This document shows positions 46,723-57,436 of a stretch of DNA of 64,000 nt, piece after piece. Every line of letters starts with the position of its first letter. The first letter of the stretch is position 1. Under the pieces are notes generated by a model that ran no database searches, was not told the DNA's origin, and saw only the letters and a list, made by a program, of their open reading frames with translations. Source of the DNA: Minisyncoccia bacterium (GTDB lineage: Bacteria > Patescibacteriota > Minisyncoccia > Phycocordibacterales > PALSA-1337); NCBI GenBank assembly GCA_049997795.1, contig JBEKVT010000001.1, positions 101,067-165,066 on the forward strand. Reading direction: 5' to 3'. The translations under genes were made by a program, and so were the position numbers.

Positions 46723-46845
46723 GAACGGTAGCGGATGTCCTTCTCGATACGCGGAAAGTTTTCTGCAGAAAACTTTCCTAATCCTCGACGATTCTCTGCT
46801 GAGAATCGTCTGCGGACATATCTCGAAAGACATCCGCTACCGTTC
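46723..46845. repeat. Y-shaped palindromic element between rpsJ and rplC
   Basis: 17-bp outer stem enclosing a 26-bp perfect palindrome and a 10-bp hairpin. Confidence 0.8.
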
Positions 46846-46853
46846 TTTCAAAA

Positions 46854-47273
46854 CTACATCATCTTGACGTCGATGTTCACGCCGGACGGAAGGGAGAGAT
46901 TGGTCAGGGCTTCGATGACCTTCTGGTTCGGGTTGACGATGTCGATCAGGCGCTTGTGCACCCTCATCTCGAACTGCTCGCGGGCGTTCTTGTCTATGAA
47001 CGACGAGCGGTTGACCGTGTACTTCTTGATCTCGGTCGGGAGGGGCGTCGGGCCGTGGATCACGGCGTCGTAACGGGCAGCCGTGTCCATTATCTGGCGC
47101 AAGCTGGCATCGAGGATCTTGTGCTCGTAGGCGCGCACCCGGATCCTAAGGTGCGGCACTTCGCCTGCCGGCTTGGCCTTGCGCGAGCGCACCGGCTTTC
47201 CGGCCGACACGGACTTCGCTGCGGCGGATGGCGCGGCGGCTTTCTTCTTGGTTGTTTCTTTCGCTGTCGCCAT
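46854..47273 (-). CDS. rpsJ: 30S ribosomal protein S10 with N-terminal extension
   Basis: GPTPLPT, REQFEMRVHKRLIDI. Confidence 0.97.
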   Translation of the reverse strand: MATAKETTKKKAAAPSAAAKSVSAGKPVRSRKAKPAGEVPHLRIRVRAYEHKILDASLRQIMDTAARYDAVIHGPTPLPTEIKKYTVNRSSFIDKNAREQFEMRVHKRLIDIVNPNQKVIEALTNLSLPSGVNIDVKMM

Positions 47274-47302
47274 GTTCTTGATCTTTATCTCGTGACAGAC
47301 GG

Positions 47303-48490
47303 TTAGGCGATTACTTTGGTGACCACGCCCGAGCCGACGGTCTTGCCGCCCTCGCGGACGGCAAAGCGTATCTGGGCTTCGAGAGCGACGGGTGCGACGA
47401 GCTTCACCTTGAAGCTGGCGGTGTCGCCGGGCATGACCATCTCCACCTTTTCCGGCAGAGTGACCTCGCCGGTCACATCGGTGGTACGGATGTAGAACTG
47501 CGGCTTGTAGCCGGTGAAGAACGGGGTGTGGCGTCCGCCCTCTTCCTTCTTCAGGATATAGACTTCAGCCTCGAATTCGGTGTGGGGCTTGACGGAGCCG
47601 GGTTTGGCCAGGACCTGGCCGCGGGAGACGTCATCCTTGGCAGTGCCGCGCAGGAGGATACCGGCGTTGTCGCCGCAAATGCCTTCTTTCAGGGACTTAT
47701 TGAACATCTCGATGCCTGTCACGACTGTCTTCACCGTATCCCTGAAGCCGACTATCTCGACTTCGTCGCTGATCTTGACCTTGCCGCGCTCGATCCTGCC
47801 GGTCACGACGGTGCCACGGCCTTCGATCGAGAAGATGTCTTCTATCGGCATGAGGAACGGCTTATCGACGTCGCGGACCGGTTCCGGGATGAAGGTATCG
47901 ATGGCATCCATGAGCTCGTCGATCTTCCCCGTCCAGACCGGATCGCCTTCGAGGGCCTTCAGGGCCGAACCGCGGATGACCGGGGCGTTCTTGCCGTCGA
48001 ATTCGTACTTGGTGAGGAGCTCGCGCACCTCTTCCTCGACCAGATCGATCAAGTCCTTCTCCTCCACCATGTCGCACTTGTTGAGGAAGACCAGGACCTT
48101 CGGCACGCCGACCTGGCGGGCCAGAAGGATGTGCTCCCTGGTCTGGGGCATGACGCCGTCCTGGGCGGACACGACCAGGATGGCTCCGTCCATCTGGGCG
48201 GCGCCGGTGATCATATTCTTGACGAAGTCGGCGTGGCCGGGACAGTCGATGTGGGCGTAGTGGCGCTTCGGCGTCTCGTACTCGACGTGCGAGAGCGAGA
48301 TGGTGACGGTCTTGGTGGCGTCACGGACGGTGCCGCCTTTGGTGATGTCGGCGTAAGCCTTGAGCTTGGCCATGCCCTTCTTGGCCTGGACGGCCAGGAT
48401 GGCGGCGGTCAAGGTGGACTTGCCGTGGTCGATGTGACCGATCGTGCCGACGTTCACGTGCGGCTTATTGCGATTGAATTCAGCTGCCAT
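47303..48490 (-). CDS. tuf: Elongation factor Tu with atypical switch I
   Basis: [29 protein letters not shown]. Confidence 0.97.
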   Translation of the reverse strand: MAAEFNRNKPHVNVGTIGHIDHGKSTLTAAILAVQAKKGMAKLKAYADITKGGTVRDATKTVTISLSHVEYETPKRHYAHIDCPGHADFVKNMITGAAQMDGAILVVSAQDGVMPQTREHILLARQVGVPKVLVFLNKCDMVEEKDLIDLVEEEVRELLTKYEFDGKNAPVIRGSALKALEGDPVWTGKIDELMDAIDTFIPEPVRDVDKPFLMPIEDIFSIEGRGTVVTGRIERGKVKISDEVEIVGFRDTVKTVVTGIEMFNKSLKEGICGDNAGILLRGTAKDDVSRGQVLAKPGSVKPHTEFEAEVYILKKEEGGRHTPFFTGYKPQFYIRTTDVTGEVTLPEKVEMVMPGDTASFKVKLVAPVALEAQIRFAVREGGKTVGSGVVTKVIA

Positions 48491-48605
48491 ATTATTTACT
48501 TAGTGCTTTGGCTTCCAACGTGCGGGCGCGAACGCCGCGCGACGGGCGCCAAAGATAAAGTTGTTAATAGCGATTTATAAAACGCCGGGTAGGCGTGTAA
48601 ATCAG

Positions 48606-48634
48606 AGGATAGCAGAGGGGGATGGGGTTGTCAA
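48606..48634 (-). promoter_or_regulatory. Promoter for tuf
   Basis: TTGACA-17-TATCCT. Confidence 0.6.
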
Positions 48635-48645
48635 ATATATACAAA

Positions 48646-49860
48646 CTAGACCCCGTCCTCTGATTTCCTGTTTAAGAATTCAGGGACAAAACCATTTTCT
48701 TCCAGAGCTCTTACTACATCCCTGAGAAGATAATTGTTACGGAACTGAATTGTATATTTTCTGCTTTTATTGCCCTTGGTCGGCACGAGCATCTCTTTAT
48801 CCTTTAACCGTTTAATTATGCGCGACCTTTGAACAGGCGAAGCCTCGTTCAATGCAGCTTTTATGTCTAAGGATTTAATCGTCATATCCTTAGTCTTAAC
48901 AACACAGCTCAAAACAGCATGCTCCTGATTATTTATACTCTTACGTTCAAGAGAATATCGGAGCGCGGGTATGAGAATGGTATCGGTGATATATTCCAAG
49001 TTAAGCAATTTATCAATTTTTTCTATCTCTTTACGTAAACCGTTTAGAACATATTCGCACCATTCAAGAACTTTGACTTCATCGCCAGTATCGGCAACCG
49101 CAAGCATTTCATAGTATTTCGCTCGATCCATACAAAAAATAGCAGTGGGGTTCAATATACGCCCTGTCTTAACCTGGAATCCTTGTTTGATTAACAGGGC
49201 GTATGTGAACATTCGGACAAATCTACCGTTGCCGTTATCAAATGGATGTATCCAAGCCATTCGGTGATGGGCAAGCGCAGTAATAAGCAGATGATACTTG
49301 GAACTGACAGAGGCATTAACAAATGTCATAAGTTCTTCAAAATATTCAGGCACCTTAATGCTCTTTGGTGGGACATGCGGCGACCCTGTAATCGATACAT
49401 CCACTGGTCTCAAGGCGCCAGGATAGTGAGAACCCTCTCCCCCTGGGGGAGGTGTGAGATCTTTTACAATAATCCTGTGTATTTCGGAAATCAGGGCGCG
49501 GTCAAAGATAGTTGTCTTCTTTATATTTTTCTCAATAAAATCAATGACATCTTCCAAATTAAAAATCTCTTTCATGCTTTCGTCCGCAGTAGCTCTGGAA
49601 GGATTTTCTATTACCTTTTCGACAAATTCCATCAGGGTCGTTCTATTCCCCTCAATGCGAGCAGATCCGAGGCTCTCAAATAATTGAAAAATCTCCTTCA
49701 ATTGGAAAAATACATGTGGTGGAACTGGGCCTCCAAGCCTTTTAACCCTTAATTTCTCTAGCTCTATGATAGTAGTCGCTAAATCAGAGCTCCATTTTGG
49801 ATCATAGAGCTTGAGTTCTGTGTGTTTAAATTGTTTAGTATTTTCCTTATCCATAATCAT
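48646..49860 (-). CDS. Fic-domain protein (class II-like), AT-rich
   Basis: HPFDNGNGRFVR catalytic motif; SARIEGN inhibitory motif. Confidence 0.93.
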   Translation of the reverse strand: MIMDKENTKQFKHTELKLYDPKWSSDLATTIIELEKLRVKRLGGPVPPHVFFQLKEIFQLFESLGSARIEGNRTTLMEFVEKVIENPSRATADESMKEIFNLEDVIDFIEKNIKKTTIFDRALISEIHRIIVKDLTPPPGGEGSHYPGALRPVDVSITGSPHVPPKSIKVPEYFEELMTFVNASVSSKYHLLITALAHHRMAWIHPFDNGNGRFVRMFTYALLIKQGFQVKTGRILNPTAIFCMDRAKYYEMLAVADTGDEVKVLEWCEYVLNGLRKEIEKIDKLLNLEYITDTILIPALRYSLERKSINNQEHAVLSCVVKTKDMTIKSLDIKAALNEASPVQRSRIIKRLKDKEMLVPTKGNKSRKYTIQFRNNYLLRDVVRALEENGFVPEFLNRKSEDGV

Positions 49861-49969
49861 GATTTAACAATTATACCAAAAAACACATATGTGTCAACGT
49901 ATATTACTAGTGCAAAATTGATTTCAATTAACACAGCCAGTCCTACCATTTAACAATATTTAAATATCG

Positions 49970-49999
49970 AAAAGGCCCTTATAAATTAAGGGCCTTTTT
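49970..49999. terminator. Terminator-like hairpin after fusA
   Basis: aaaaggccctt-ataaatt-aagggcctttt. Confidence 0.7.
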
Positions 50000-50018
50000 A
50001 GTAATTAACCAATATTTC

Positions 50019-52163
50019 TTATTTCCTCTTCTCCTTTATCTCCTCGGCCACATTGGCCGGCACGACCTCGTAGTGATCGAATTCGAGCATGGCGCTCCCT
50101 TGGCCAGAGGTCATTGAGCGCAACTGGGTGGTGTAGCCGAACATCTCGGAGAGCGGCACTTTGGCGATGATGGAGACGGCCTGGCCCTTCGGGTTCTGGC
50201 CTTCAATCATGCCGCGCTTCGAGGCGATACTGCCGTTCACGTCGCCGATGTACTTTTCAGGGCAGACGACTTCAAGCTTCATGATGGGCTCCAGGATGAC
50301 CGGCTTGGCGCGCTTGGCGGCGTCCTGGAAGGCTTGGGAGGCGGCGATCTTGTAGGCGATCTCCGAGGAGTCGACGTCATGGTACGAGCCGAAGGTCAGT
50401 TCGCAGGAGATGTTGACCATCTTGTAGCCGGCCACGATGCCGCGGTCCATGGCTTCGTGGACGCCTTTCTCGACGGCTGGGATGAATTCCTGCGGGATGA
50501 CGCCACCCTTGATAGAGTTGATGAATTCGAAATCATCGTAGCGCTTGACGTTCTTCGGGACCTTCTCGCCTTCGACGAGTGGTTTCATCGGACGCAAGGT
50601 GATGCGGACGTGGCCGTACTGGCCCTTGCCGCCCGTCTGTTTGATGTACTTGTTCTCGGCCTCGGCTGTACCGAGGATGGACTCGTGATAAGCCACCTGC
50701 GGCTCGCCGACGTTGGCCTCCACGCCGAATTCGCGCTTCATGCGGTCAACCATGATCTCGAGGTGGAGCTCGCCCATACCGGAGATGATGGTCTCGCCGG
50801 TCTCCTGGTTGGAAGTGATCTTGAAGGTCGGGTCTTCATTAGCCAATTTGTGGAGAGCGATGCCCATCTTCTCCTGGTCGGCCTTGGTCTTCGGCTCGAT
50901 CCGGAGAGAGACGACCGGCTCCATGAATTTGATGACTTCGAGGACGATCGGGTGCTCCTCGTCGCAGAAAGTGTGCGAAGTCAGGGCGTCTTTCAAGCCC
51001 ACGGCCGCGGCGATCTCGCCGGCGAAGACTTTCTTGACCTCTTCGCGCTTATCGGCCTGCAAACGGACGATGCGGCCCAGGCGCTCTTTCTTGCCGGTCG
51101 TCGAATTGTAGAGATAAGTGCCGGCTTCGATGGTGCCGGAATAGACGCGGAAGAAGGTCAGTTGGCCGACGAACGGGTCGTTCTGGAGCTTGAAGGCCAG
51201 AGCGGAGAATGGTTCGCTGTCGGAAGCGTGGCGGACGATCTCTTCGCCGGTATTCGGGTCGATGCCCTTGATAGGCGGCATGTCGAGAGGCGACGGCAGG
51301 TAGTCCACGACGCCGTCCAAGACCAGTTGCACGCCGATATTCTTCAGAGCGGAACCGGTGAAGACCGGGAACATCTTGTTCTCGATCACGGCCTTCCTGG
51401 TGATCTTCTTCAATTCCTCCACGGGAACTTCGTGGCCCTCCAGATATTTGTGCATGGCCGCGTCGTCGTGCTCGACGATCTTCTCGACGAGCTCGGCGCG
51501 ATATTTCTTGGCCTCTTCCAGAAGATCGGCCGGGATCTCCTTCTCGACGACCTTCTCTCCTTTGTCGCCCTCGAACGTATAGGCCTTCATCTTCAAAAGA
51601 TCGATGACACCGGAATGGTTCTCTTCGAGACCGATGGGGATCTGGAACCGGACAGCGTTCTTATTCAAGCGTTCCAGAATAGACTTAAATGATTTCTCGA
51701 AAGATGCGCCCATCCGGTCCATTTTGTTGATGAAGCAGAGGCGCGGCACTTTGCCGTCGTCGGCATAGCGCCAGTTGGTCTCCGATTGAGGCTCCACGCC
51801 GGCCACGCCGTCGAAGACGACGACCGCACCATCAAGGACGCGCAACGAACGTTTGACCTCGACCGTGAAATCGATGTGCCCCGGGGTGTCGATGATATTG
51901 AAACGGACCTTTTTCGACAGGTCGGCCGCCGGCATATACGTTGGGTTCCAGAAACAGGTGATGGCCGCGGCCGTGATGGTGATGCCGCGCTCCCTTTCCT
52001 GCTCCATCCAGTCGGTCACGGTGTCGCCCTCGTGGACCTCGCCAATCTTGTGGGTCATGCCTGTGTAATACAAGATACGCTCCGACGTGGTCGTCTTGCC
52101 GGCGTCGATGTGGGCGATGATGCCGAAGTTCCTTACTCGTTCAAGCGGGTAGTCGCGTTGCAT
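50019..52163 (-). CDS. fusA: Elongation factor G
   Basis: [29 protein letters not shown]. Confidence 0.98.
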   Translation of the reverse strand: MQRDYPLERVRNFGIIAHIDAGKTTTSERILYYTGMTHKIGEVHEGDTVTDWMEQERERGITITAAAITCFWNPTYMPAADLSKKVRFNIIDTPGHIDFTVEVKRSLRVLDGAVVVFDGVAGVEPQSETNWRYADDGKVPRLCFINKMDRMGASFEKSFKSILERLNKNAVRFQIPIGLEENHSGVIDLLKMKAYTFEGDKGEKVVEKEIPADLLEEAKKYRAELVEKIVEHDDAAMHKYLEGHEVPVEELKKITRKAVIENKMFPVFTGSALKNIGVQLVLDGVVDYLPSPLDMPPIKGIDPNTGEEIVRHASDSEPFSALAFKLQNDPFVGQLTFFRVYSGTIEAGTYLYNSTTGKKERLGRIVRLQADKREEVKKVFAGEIAAAVGLKDALTSHTFCDEEHPIVLEVIKFMEPVVSLRIEPKTKADQEKMGIALHKLANEDPTFKITSNQETGETIISGMGELHLEIMVDRMKREFGVEANVGEPQVAYHESILGTAEAENKYIKQTGGKGQYGHVRITLRPMKPLVEGEKVPKNVKRYDDFEFINSIKGGVIPQEFIPAVEKGVHEAMDRGIVAGYKMVNISCELTFGSYHDVDSSEIAYKIAASQAFQDAAKRAKPVILEPIMKLEVVCPEKYIGDVNGSIASKRGMIEGQNPKGQAVSIIAKVPLSEMFGYTTQLRSMTSGQGSAMLEFDHYEVVPANVAEEIKEKRK

Positions 52164-52172
52164 AAAGCTTTG

Positions 52173-52643
52173 TTACCAGGCGAAGTGGGCGAAGGCCTTG
52201 TTGGCTTCGGCCATCTTGTGGACATTCTCGCGCTTCTTGACGGCTTCGCCCTCGTTCTTCGAGGCGGCGATGATCTCGTCGGCCAATTTCTCGGCGATCG
52301 GCTTGCCTTTCTTGGAGCGGGCGGCTTCGATGATCCACTTCATGGACAGGGCGCTTCGGCGCTCCGGCCGGACTTCGCGGGGAACCTGGTAGTTGGCACC
52401 GCCAACGCGGCGGGAACGGACTTCCATGGCCGGGGCCGTGTTCCGGAGGGCCGTTTCGAAGACTTCGAGCGGATTCTCCACCTTGGCTTTCTCTTTGATG
52501 GCGGTCATGCAGTCGCTCATGATGGCCCGGGCGATCGTCTTCTTGCCGGATTCCATGATGTAATTGGTGAACTTGGCCAGCTTCAGGGACTCGTAGGCCA
52601 TGTCGGGCTTGAGGTCGCGCTTTATGTTGATCTTGCGTCGCAT
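52173..52643 (-). CDS. rpsG: 30S ribosomal protein S7
   Basis: RRVGGANYQVP, MAEANKAFAHF. Confidence 0.97.
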   Translation of the reverse strand: MRRKINIKRDLKPDMAYESLKLAKFTNYIMESGKKTIARAIMSDCMTAIKEKAKVENPLEVFETALRNTAPAMEVRSRRVGGANYQVPREVRPERRSALSMKWIIEAARSKKGKPIAEKLADEIIAASKNEGEAVKKRENVHKMAEANKAFAHFAW

Positions 52644-52664
52644 GATATTGGAAAAACGTCCGAA

Positions 52665-53087
52665 CTAAGCGGCTTTGGCGGCCTTCGGCTTCTTATTGCC
52701 GTACTGGCTGCGGCCCTTCCTCCTGGCTTCGACGCCGGCGCAGTCGAGGACGCCGCGCACGATGGAATAGCGCAGGCCGACATCCTTGACGCGGCCGCCG
52801 CGGAGGAGGACTACGGCGTGTTCCTGGAGGTTATGCCCCATGCCCGGCACGTAGGCCGTGACTTCCATGCCGTTGGTGAGGCGCACGCGGGCGATCTTGC
52901 GGATGGCGGAGTTGGGCTTCTTCGGGGTCTTGGTGGTGACCTTGACACAGACGCCGCGCTTGAACGGGGCCGGGAAGAAGATCGGCCGGTTCTTGATGGA
53001 ATTGAAAGTACGAGTCAGGGCCACGGACTTCGACTTCCGCTTGAAGCGCTTCCTGTGAGTCTTCGTCAACTGGTTGATGGTCGGCAT
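52665..53087 (-). CDS. rpsL: 30S ribosomal protein S12
   Basis: MPTINQL, PKKPNSA, GHNLQEH. Confidence 0.97.
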   Translation of the reverse strand: MPTINQLTKTHRKRFKRKSKSVALTRTFNSIKNRPIFFPAPFKRGVCVKVTTKTPKKPNSAIRKIARVRLTNGMEVTAYVPGMGHNLQEHAVVLLRGGRVKDVGLRYSIVRGVLDCAGVEARRKGRSQYGNKKPKAAKAA

Positions 53088-53318
53088 GATGAGATGCTTT
53101 TGCGTGGATCCGCTTGGATTTTCACCATTTTCGGCTAGAGAGCCTGAATGATTACTCACGCGGGTCCGATAATCGTGTTTTTATGCCCTCGGGGGCAGTG
53201 GCGATACATTAGCATGCCGGCAGACCCGACGCAATGCCGGCCATTCCGAACAAAAAAGACCGCCAGGTGTTGTAGGCACCTAGCGGCTTCGACGCGAATG
53301 AATGAGCGGTTGGTCGCG

Positions 53319-53615
53319 TCAGACTGTGGGGGCGACGGCAGGATCGAGCCAATCATGCGCGAGCGCTTTGAATGGTCCGATGCTGCCCCGTTTCACCTGC
53401 AAGAGCTTTCCGGGCGACGGGCGGTCTTCCAGCCTGGACACGACGATGTTTAGATCGTCATTGAGGGCTTGGATGGCCGCGAGATCGGCCCGAATGCTCG
53501 CGCCAACGGCTGGCGCCCGAGGAGCTATGGCGAGCTCCGCAGGAACCAGCTCGGTAACTTCACGCACAGGCGGGGATACCGCCGGTACGACGAGCAGGAG
53601 CACGACAGAGAGCAT
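53319..53615 (-). CDS. Hypothetical protein, possible signal peptide
   Basis: 98-aa ORF with hydrophobic N-terminus and downstream hairpin. Confidence 0.4.
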   Translation of the reverse strand: MLSVVLLLVVPAVSPPVREVTELVPAELAIAPRAPAVGASIRADLAAIQALNDDLNIVVSRLEDRPSPGKLLQVKRGSIGPFKALAHDWLDPAVAPTV

Positions 53616-53690
53616 ACAAGGAACAAGTATAATCGAGAGACGGAGAAAAAGTAAACCGGGTTATCCACCAAGCGATCGGTCTCTGCCAGG

Positions 53691-54191
53691 CTACCCTTCT
53701 AATTTCTCCAGAACGTTCGACTCGTCCACGTCCGTCCGTCCGTATTTTTCAGCCTGCTCCTTCATCCTTTGGATCAGGAACTCTGGTCTATGCCATTCGA
53801 CCAAGCTGTTCGTCTCAATATCCGTGCCCGTGCGCTTGGAAGCGTCCTCGGAGACGACCTTGCACAAGAAATACAAAGTGGTCTTCTCCACTTCGACGCC
53901 CTTATCCTTGAAATGGCTTTGGATCGAGCCGATGTAATCTTCCGTCTCGGCCGTGGCACCGAATTCTTCCGCGAGACCGCGATCTAGGGCGTGCTCGAGC
54001 GGCTCGCCCGGTTCGAGCGTCTTGCGCATCAGGAGATAGAAGTCATCCAGACCTTGTTCCTTCCAATAGCCCTTCAGGTCTTTGGTCTTGAAATGATGGC
54101 AGCAGACCTCGCCCTTGTCGTTCATGAGGACCGCGCCGACGGACACATGGCGTGGATGCCGGCTATTCCCTTGAAAATATGTCGGGGCCAT
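53691..54191 (-). CDS. NUDIX-fold protein (degenerate box)
   Basis: HVSVGAVL, LEPGE.LEHALDRGLAEEFG. Confidence 0.75.
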   Translation of the reverse strand: MAPTYFQGNSRHPRHVSVGAVLMNDKGEVCCHHFKTKDLKGYWKEQGLDDFYLLMRKTLEPGEPLEHALDRGLAEEFGATAETEDYIGSIQSHFKDKGVEVEKTTLYFLCKVVSEDASKRTGTDIETNSLVEWHRPEFLIQRMKEQAEKYGRTDVDESNVLEKLEG

Positions 54192-54210
54192 ACACATATA
54201 TTGTACCACT

Positions 54211-54840
54211 TCAGAAATTAATGCCAGTGAACAAACGGAACACCCACGGGATGACCGGCGACAGGATCTGCCAGAGGAAGAAGACTACGATGAGGACGAA
54301 GACCGGCGCGTAGGATTCGAGGACGTAGCGGACGCGGCCGTACTGGGTCGGCAGAGCGGCGAAGAGGAGTTTCGAGCCGTCGAGGGGCGGCAACGGGATC
54401 AGGTTGAAAACGGCCAGCACTATGTTGATGACGACGATATAAGAGATAATGGTGATGAACGGCGCTATGGCCACGGCGGAAGCGGCATCCGTGATGCCGT
54501 ACGATATGAAACGCAGGATGGTGCCGAAGACGAGGGCGATCGCCAGATTCGATGCCGGCCCGGCGATGGCTATCAAGGGCTCGCCGATGCGCCTGTTCTT
54601 CAGGTTGTAAGGGTTGTACGGTACCGGCTTGGCCCAGCCGAAAGTGAAGCCCATGAGCGAGGTCACGAGCGGCACGATGATAGAGCCGATGGGGTCGATG
54701 TGCTTCAGGGGGTTCAGCGAGAGCCGGCCCGATAGCCTCGCCGTCGGGTCGCCCAGAGCTTCGGCCATGTAACCGTGCGACACCTCATGGAGGATGACCG
54801 AGAATATGAGGATGACGATCGAGAGGATGATGAAAAGCAT
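54211..54840 (-). CDS. Site-2 protease (M50) family
   Basis: HEVSHG, AGPASN, FNLIPLPPLDG. Confidence 0.94.
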   Translation of the reverse strand: MLFIILSIVILIFSVILHEVSHGYMAEALGDPTARLSGRLSLNPLKHIDPIGSIIVPLVTSLMGFTFGWAKPVPYNPYNLKNRRIGEPLIAIAGPASNLAIALVFGTILRFISYGITDAASAVAIAPFITIISYIVVINIVLAVFNLIPLPPLDGSKLLFAALPTQYGRVRYVLESYAPVFVLIVVFFLWQILSPVIPWVFRLFTGINF

Positions 54841-54901
54841 GAAGAGTTTCGGCGGCTTGAATCCGCTCGGACTCCATGATACCATACGGGCTCATCGTTT
54901 T

Positions 54902-55144
54902 ATGGCCAAATCCTGCGACATCACCAAGCGAGGCTCCGTCTCCGGCGGCCGGTATTCCAACCGGACGCGCGCCACGCAGTTCAATCCCTGCGGCACCATA
55001 AGGCGCTACCCGAATCTCCAGAAGAAGACCGTCTACGTCCCCGAATTGAAGAAATCGGTGCGCATCACCGTCTCCGCCCGCGGCCTCCGCACTATCGAGA
55101 AGAAGGGCGCTTTCCGGGCCCTGCGCGACGCCGGGATAATCTAA
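54902..55144 (+). CDS. rpmB: 50S ribosomal protein L28
   Basis: MAKSCDIT...RRYPNLQ...VSARGLRTI. Confidence 0.92.
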   Translation: MAKSCDITKRGSVSGGRYSNRTRATQFNPCGTIRRYPNLQKKTVYVPELKKSVRITVSARGLRTIEKKGAFRALRDAGII

Positions 55145-55212
55145 GGCTTGCCGTCGTTTTCGAGCTTGAAGGCCGCGTTACCGCGGTTTTTTGTTTTACC
55201 TGGCGCTGGTTC

Positions 55213-56139
55213 TTATTGATTACTGACGCCTACATGCATTCCGTCTGACACGATCTTCACCGTGCCGGTCTTGCGGACATTGAACCGGCGGTCATCCGTG
55301 ATCCCGGCCAATGGGTCGCCAGCGGCTTTTTTCTTCGCAGCGGCCGGCGGCTTCTTCGGCGACTTCATAATCTGCTGTGAGTACAGCAGAAAATCCGGTG
55401 CCATTGAATCCACTAATTCGGCCGAGACGTTCGATGCCGTAGCGCTCTGTGAGATAACCACGGCATCGGCCGGTTTTTGATTCTCTGTGGCGACGAACTT
55501 CTGGATCTTGACGCCGGCCCCGCCGAGAAGAGCAACGGAGGTCGAGCCATACTCTATTCTCATGACGATCTCGGGAACGCTGGCCTTAGAATAATTGAAT
55601 CGGTCGGCAGGAACGGGAAACAGAGTGTCGGCCGTTACGCCGTCATTTGAATCAATACCGGTTCGATCAAGAACTAGTCTGTCTCCGGACAAGACTTTCT
55701 GAACGGGAATATGATGTAAGTCGATCGTCTCGATGAATGTCCGGTAGATCGGGTCGCTCGAGCTGGCCAGACCGAGGCTTTCCAAGGTTACGTCCGGAAT
55801 AATGGCCTTATCGACAGAATAGCGATTCAAGGCCTCGATGAGCCCAGTCACATTTTTACCATCGGCGGCCGTGGCGACGACGGAATCTATCCGTCTGGAA
55901 TAAAAAGGCAGGATCTTCGTCAGGCGGCGGATGACTTCCGCGTTCGAGCCGCCATCGATCAATATCCTCTTGTCGTTTGGAGTCCTGATGAAAACAGCTG
56001 GGGCTCCGGGCAGGTCGAAGACGAAAAGCTCGAGGACCGCCGGCCGGCGCGATTCGTGCCAGGCATAAAGACCGGTGCCGCTTAGGGCCGCGGCCCCGGC
56101 AGCAAAAATGAGCAGTGGTTTCGACGCACCTTTTATCAT
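55213..56139 (-). CDS. ComEC-type MBL-fold domain protein lacking metal ligands
   Basis: ILIDGG, LPFYSRRID.VVAT, but AADGKN in place of HxHxDH. Confidence 0.75.
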   Translation of the reverse strand: MIKGASKPLLIFAAGAAALSGTGLYAWHESRRPAVLELFVFDLPGAPAVFIRTPNDKRILIDGGSNAEVIRRLTKILPFYSRRIDSVVATAADGKNVTGLIEALNRYSVDKAIIPDVTLESLGLASSSDPIYRTFIETIDLHHIPVQKVLSGDRLVLDRTGIDSNDGVTADTLFPVPADRFNYSKASVPEIVMRIEYGSTSVALLGGAGVKIQKFVATENQKPADAVVISQSATASNVSAELVDSMAPDFLLYSQQIMKSPKKPPAAAKKKAAGDPLAGITDDRRFNVRKTGTVKIVSDGMHVGVSNQ

Positions 56140-56243
56140 AGCGCGGACAGTATAGACAGAGCCGGTTCAAAAAACCCTCAAAAAAGGTTAAAATGCCGGT
56201 GAAGAAAGATTAAAATCCTAATGAACTTTCTTTCAAAATCACC

Positions 56244-56837
56244 ATGAAAACATTCACTGCCAGGACCTTCGAGATACCGGTCTTGAAAGGCATATCCACC
56301 AAGACCGTCGAAGAGCACCTGAAGCTCTACCAGGGCTACGTCAAGAACGCCAACTCGGTCCTCGAGAAGATCGAGGAATTGAAAGCGGATGCCGACAAGA
56401 ATACCTATCTTCTCGGCGAACTTAACCGCCGCTTCAGCTTCGAATACAACGGCATGCGCAATCATGAGGTCTATTTCGCCTCTCTCGAAGGCAGCGCCGC
56501 GGCCCCCTCGGACTCGGGCCCGCTCAAGAAGAAGATCGCCGAGACCTGGGGCTCGTTCGAGGCCTGGCTTGCCGGCTTCAAGGCCTTGGCTATGACTCGC
56601 GGCATTGGCTGGGCGGTCCTATGGTACGACCGCAAGGACGACCGACTCCTCGCTTCCTGGGTAGATGAACAGCACCTGGGCCAACTGAATGACTGCGCCA
56701 TGATCCTCGGTCTCGACATGTGGGAGCACTCGTACGTTGCCGATTACCAGCCTTCCGGCAAGAAGAATTACGTCGAAGACTTTTTCGCCAACCTAAATTG
56801 GGAAGTCGTCGAGAAGAACTTCAAGGAAGCCCGATAA
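56244..56837 (+). CDS. Fe/Mn superoxide dismutase family
   Basis: H.KLY.GYV, NH, GIGW, LDMWEHSY. Confidence 0.92.
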   Translation: MKTFTARTFEIPVLKGISTKTVEEHLKLYQGYVKNANSVLEKIEELKADADKNTYLLGELNRRFSFEYNGMRNHEVYFASLEGSAAAPSDSGPLKKKIAETWGSFEAWLAGFKALAMTRGIGWAVLWYDRKDDRLLASWVDEQHLGQLNDCAMILGLDMWEHSYVADYQPSGKKNYVEDFFANLNWEVVEKNFKEAR

Positions 56838-56897
56838 GAAAAAATCTACCGGGGTCAGGATATCGGATTTTTGCTTTCGATCTGATATGATTCCGGC

Positions 56898-57359
56898 ATG
56901 CACGGAAACGACACCGACAAGCAGGTCTTCTTCTATGAGCACGAATTCTACGTCCTCTCCAACTTCTCTTCTTTCGCCATCGAATGGAAGGGCAAGCTGT
57001 GGCCGACATCGGAACACGCCTATCAGGCAGAATGTTTCGACGACGAGGGCTTGAAAGAGAAGATAAGGAACGCCCGTTCCGCCCACAATGCGATGAAGCT
57101 TGCGGAGGCTAATGAAAAGAGATATCGAAGCGGTTGGGATGACATCAAACTGGACGTCATGAGAGAGATTCTGCGCGCTAAGGTCGCCCAGCACCCGTAT
57201 ATCAGGAAGAAGCTTTTGGAGACCGGCGATAGAGAGCTTATCGAAGACTCGTGGCGCGACTCATATTGGGGTTGGGGGCCAGCTAAGGACGGCGAGAATC
57301 ATCTCGGCAAGCTTTGGATGGAAGTCAGGGCGGAGTTGAAGGAAAAATCTGGGGTATAA
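56898..57359 (+). CDS. NADAR (YbiA-like) family protein
   Basis: LSNF, WPTSEHAYQA, D.YWG.G...GENHLGKLWM. Confidence 0.92.
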   Translation: MHGNDTDKQVFFYEHEFYVLSNFSSFAIEWKGKLWPTSEHAYQAECFDDEGLKEKIRNARSAHNAMKLAEANEKRYRSGWDDIKLDVMREILRAKVAQHPYIRKKLLETGDRELIEDSWRDSYWGWGPAKDGENHLGKLWMEVRAELKEKSGV

Positions 57360-57436
57360 GCTTTTTGATCTGTCGGTGTTTTATCAGAAAAAACCCGCGA
57401 ACGACATCGCGGGTCTTGATACCGACGTAAATGAGG

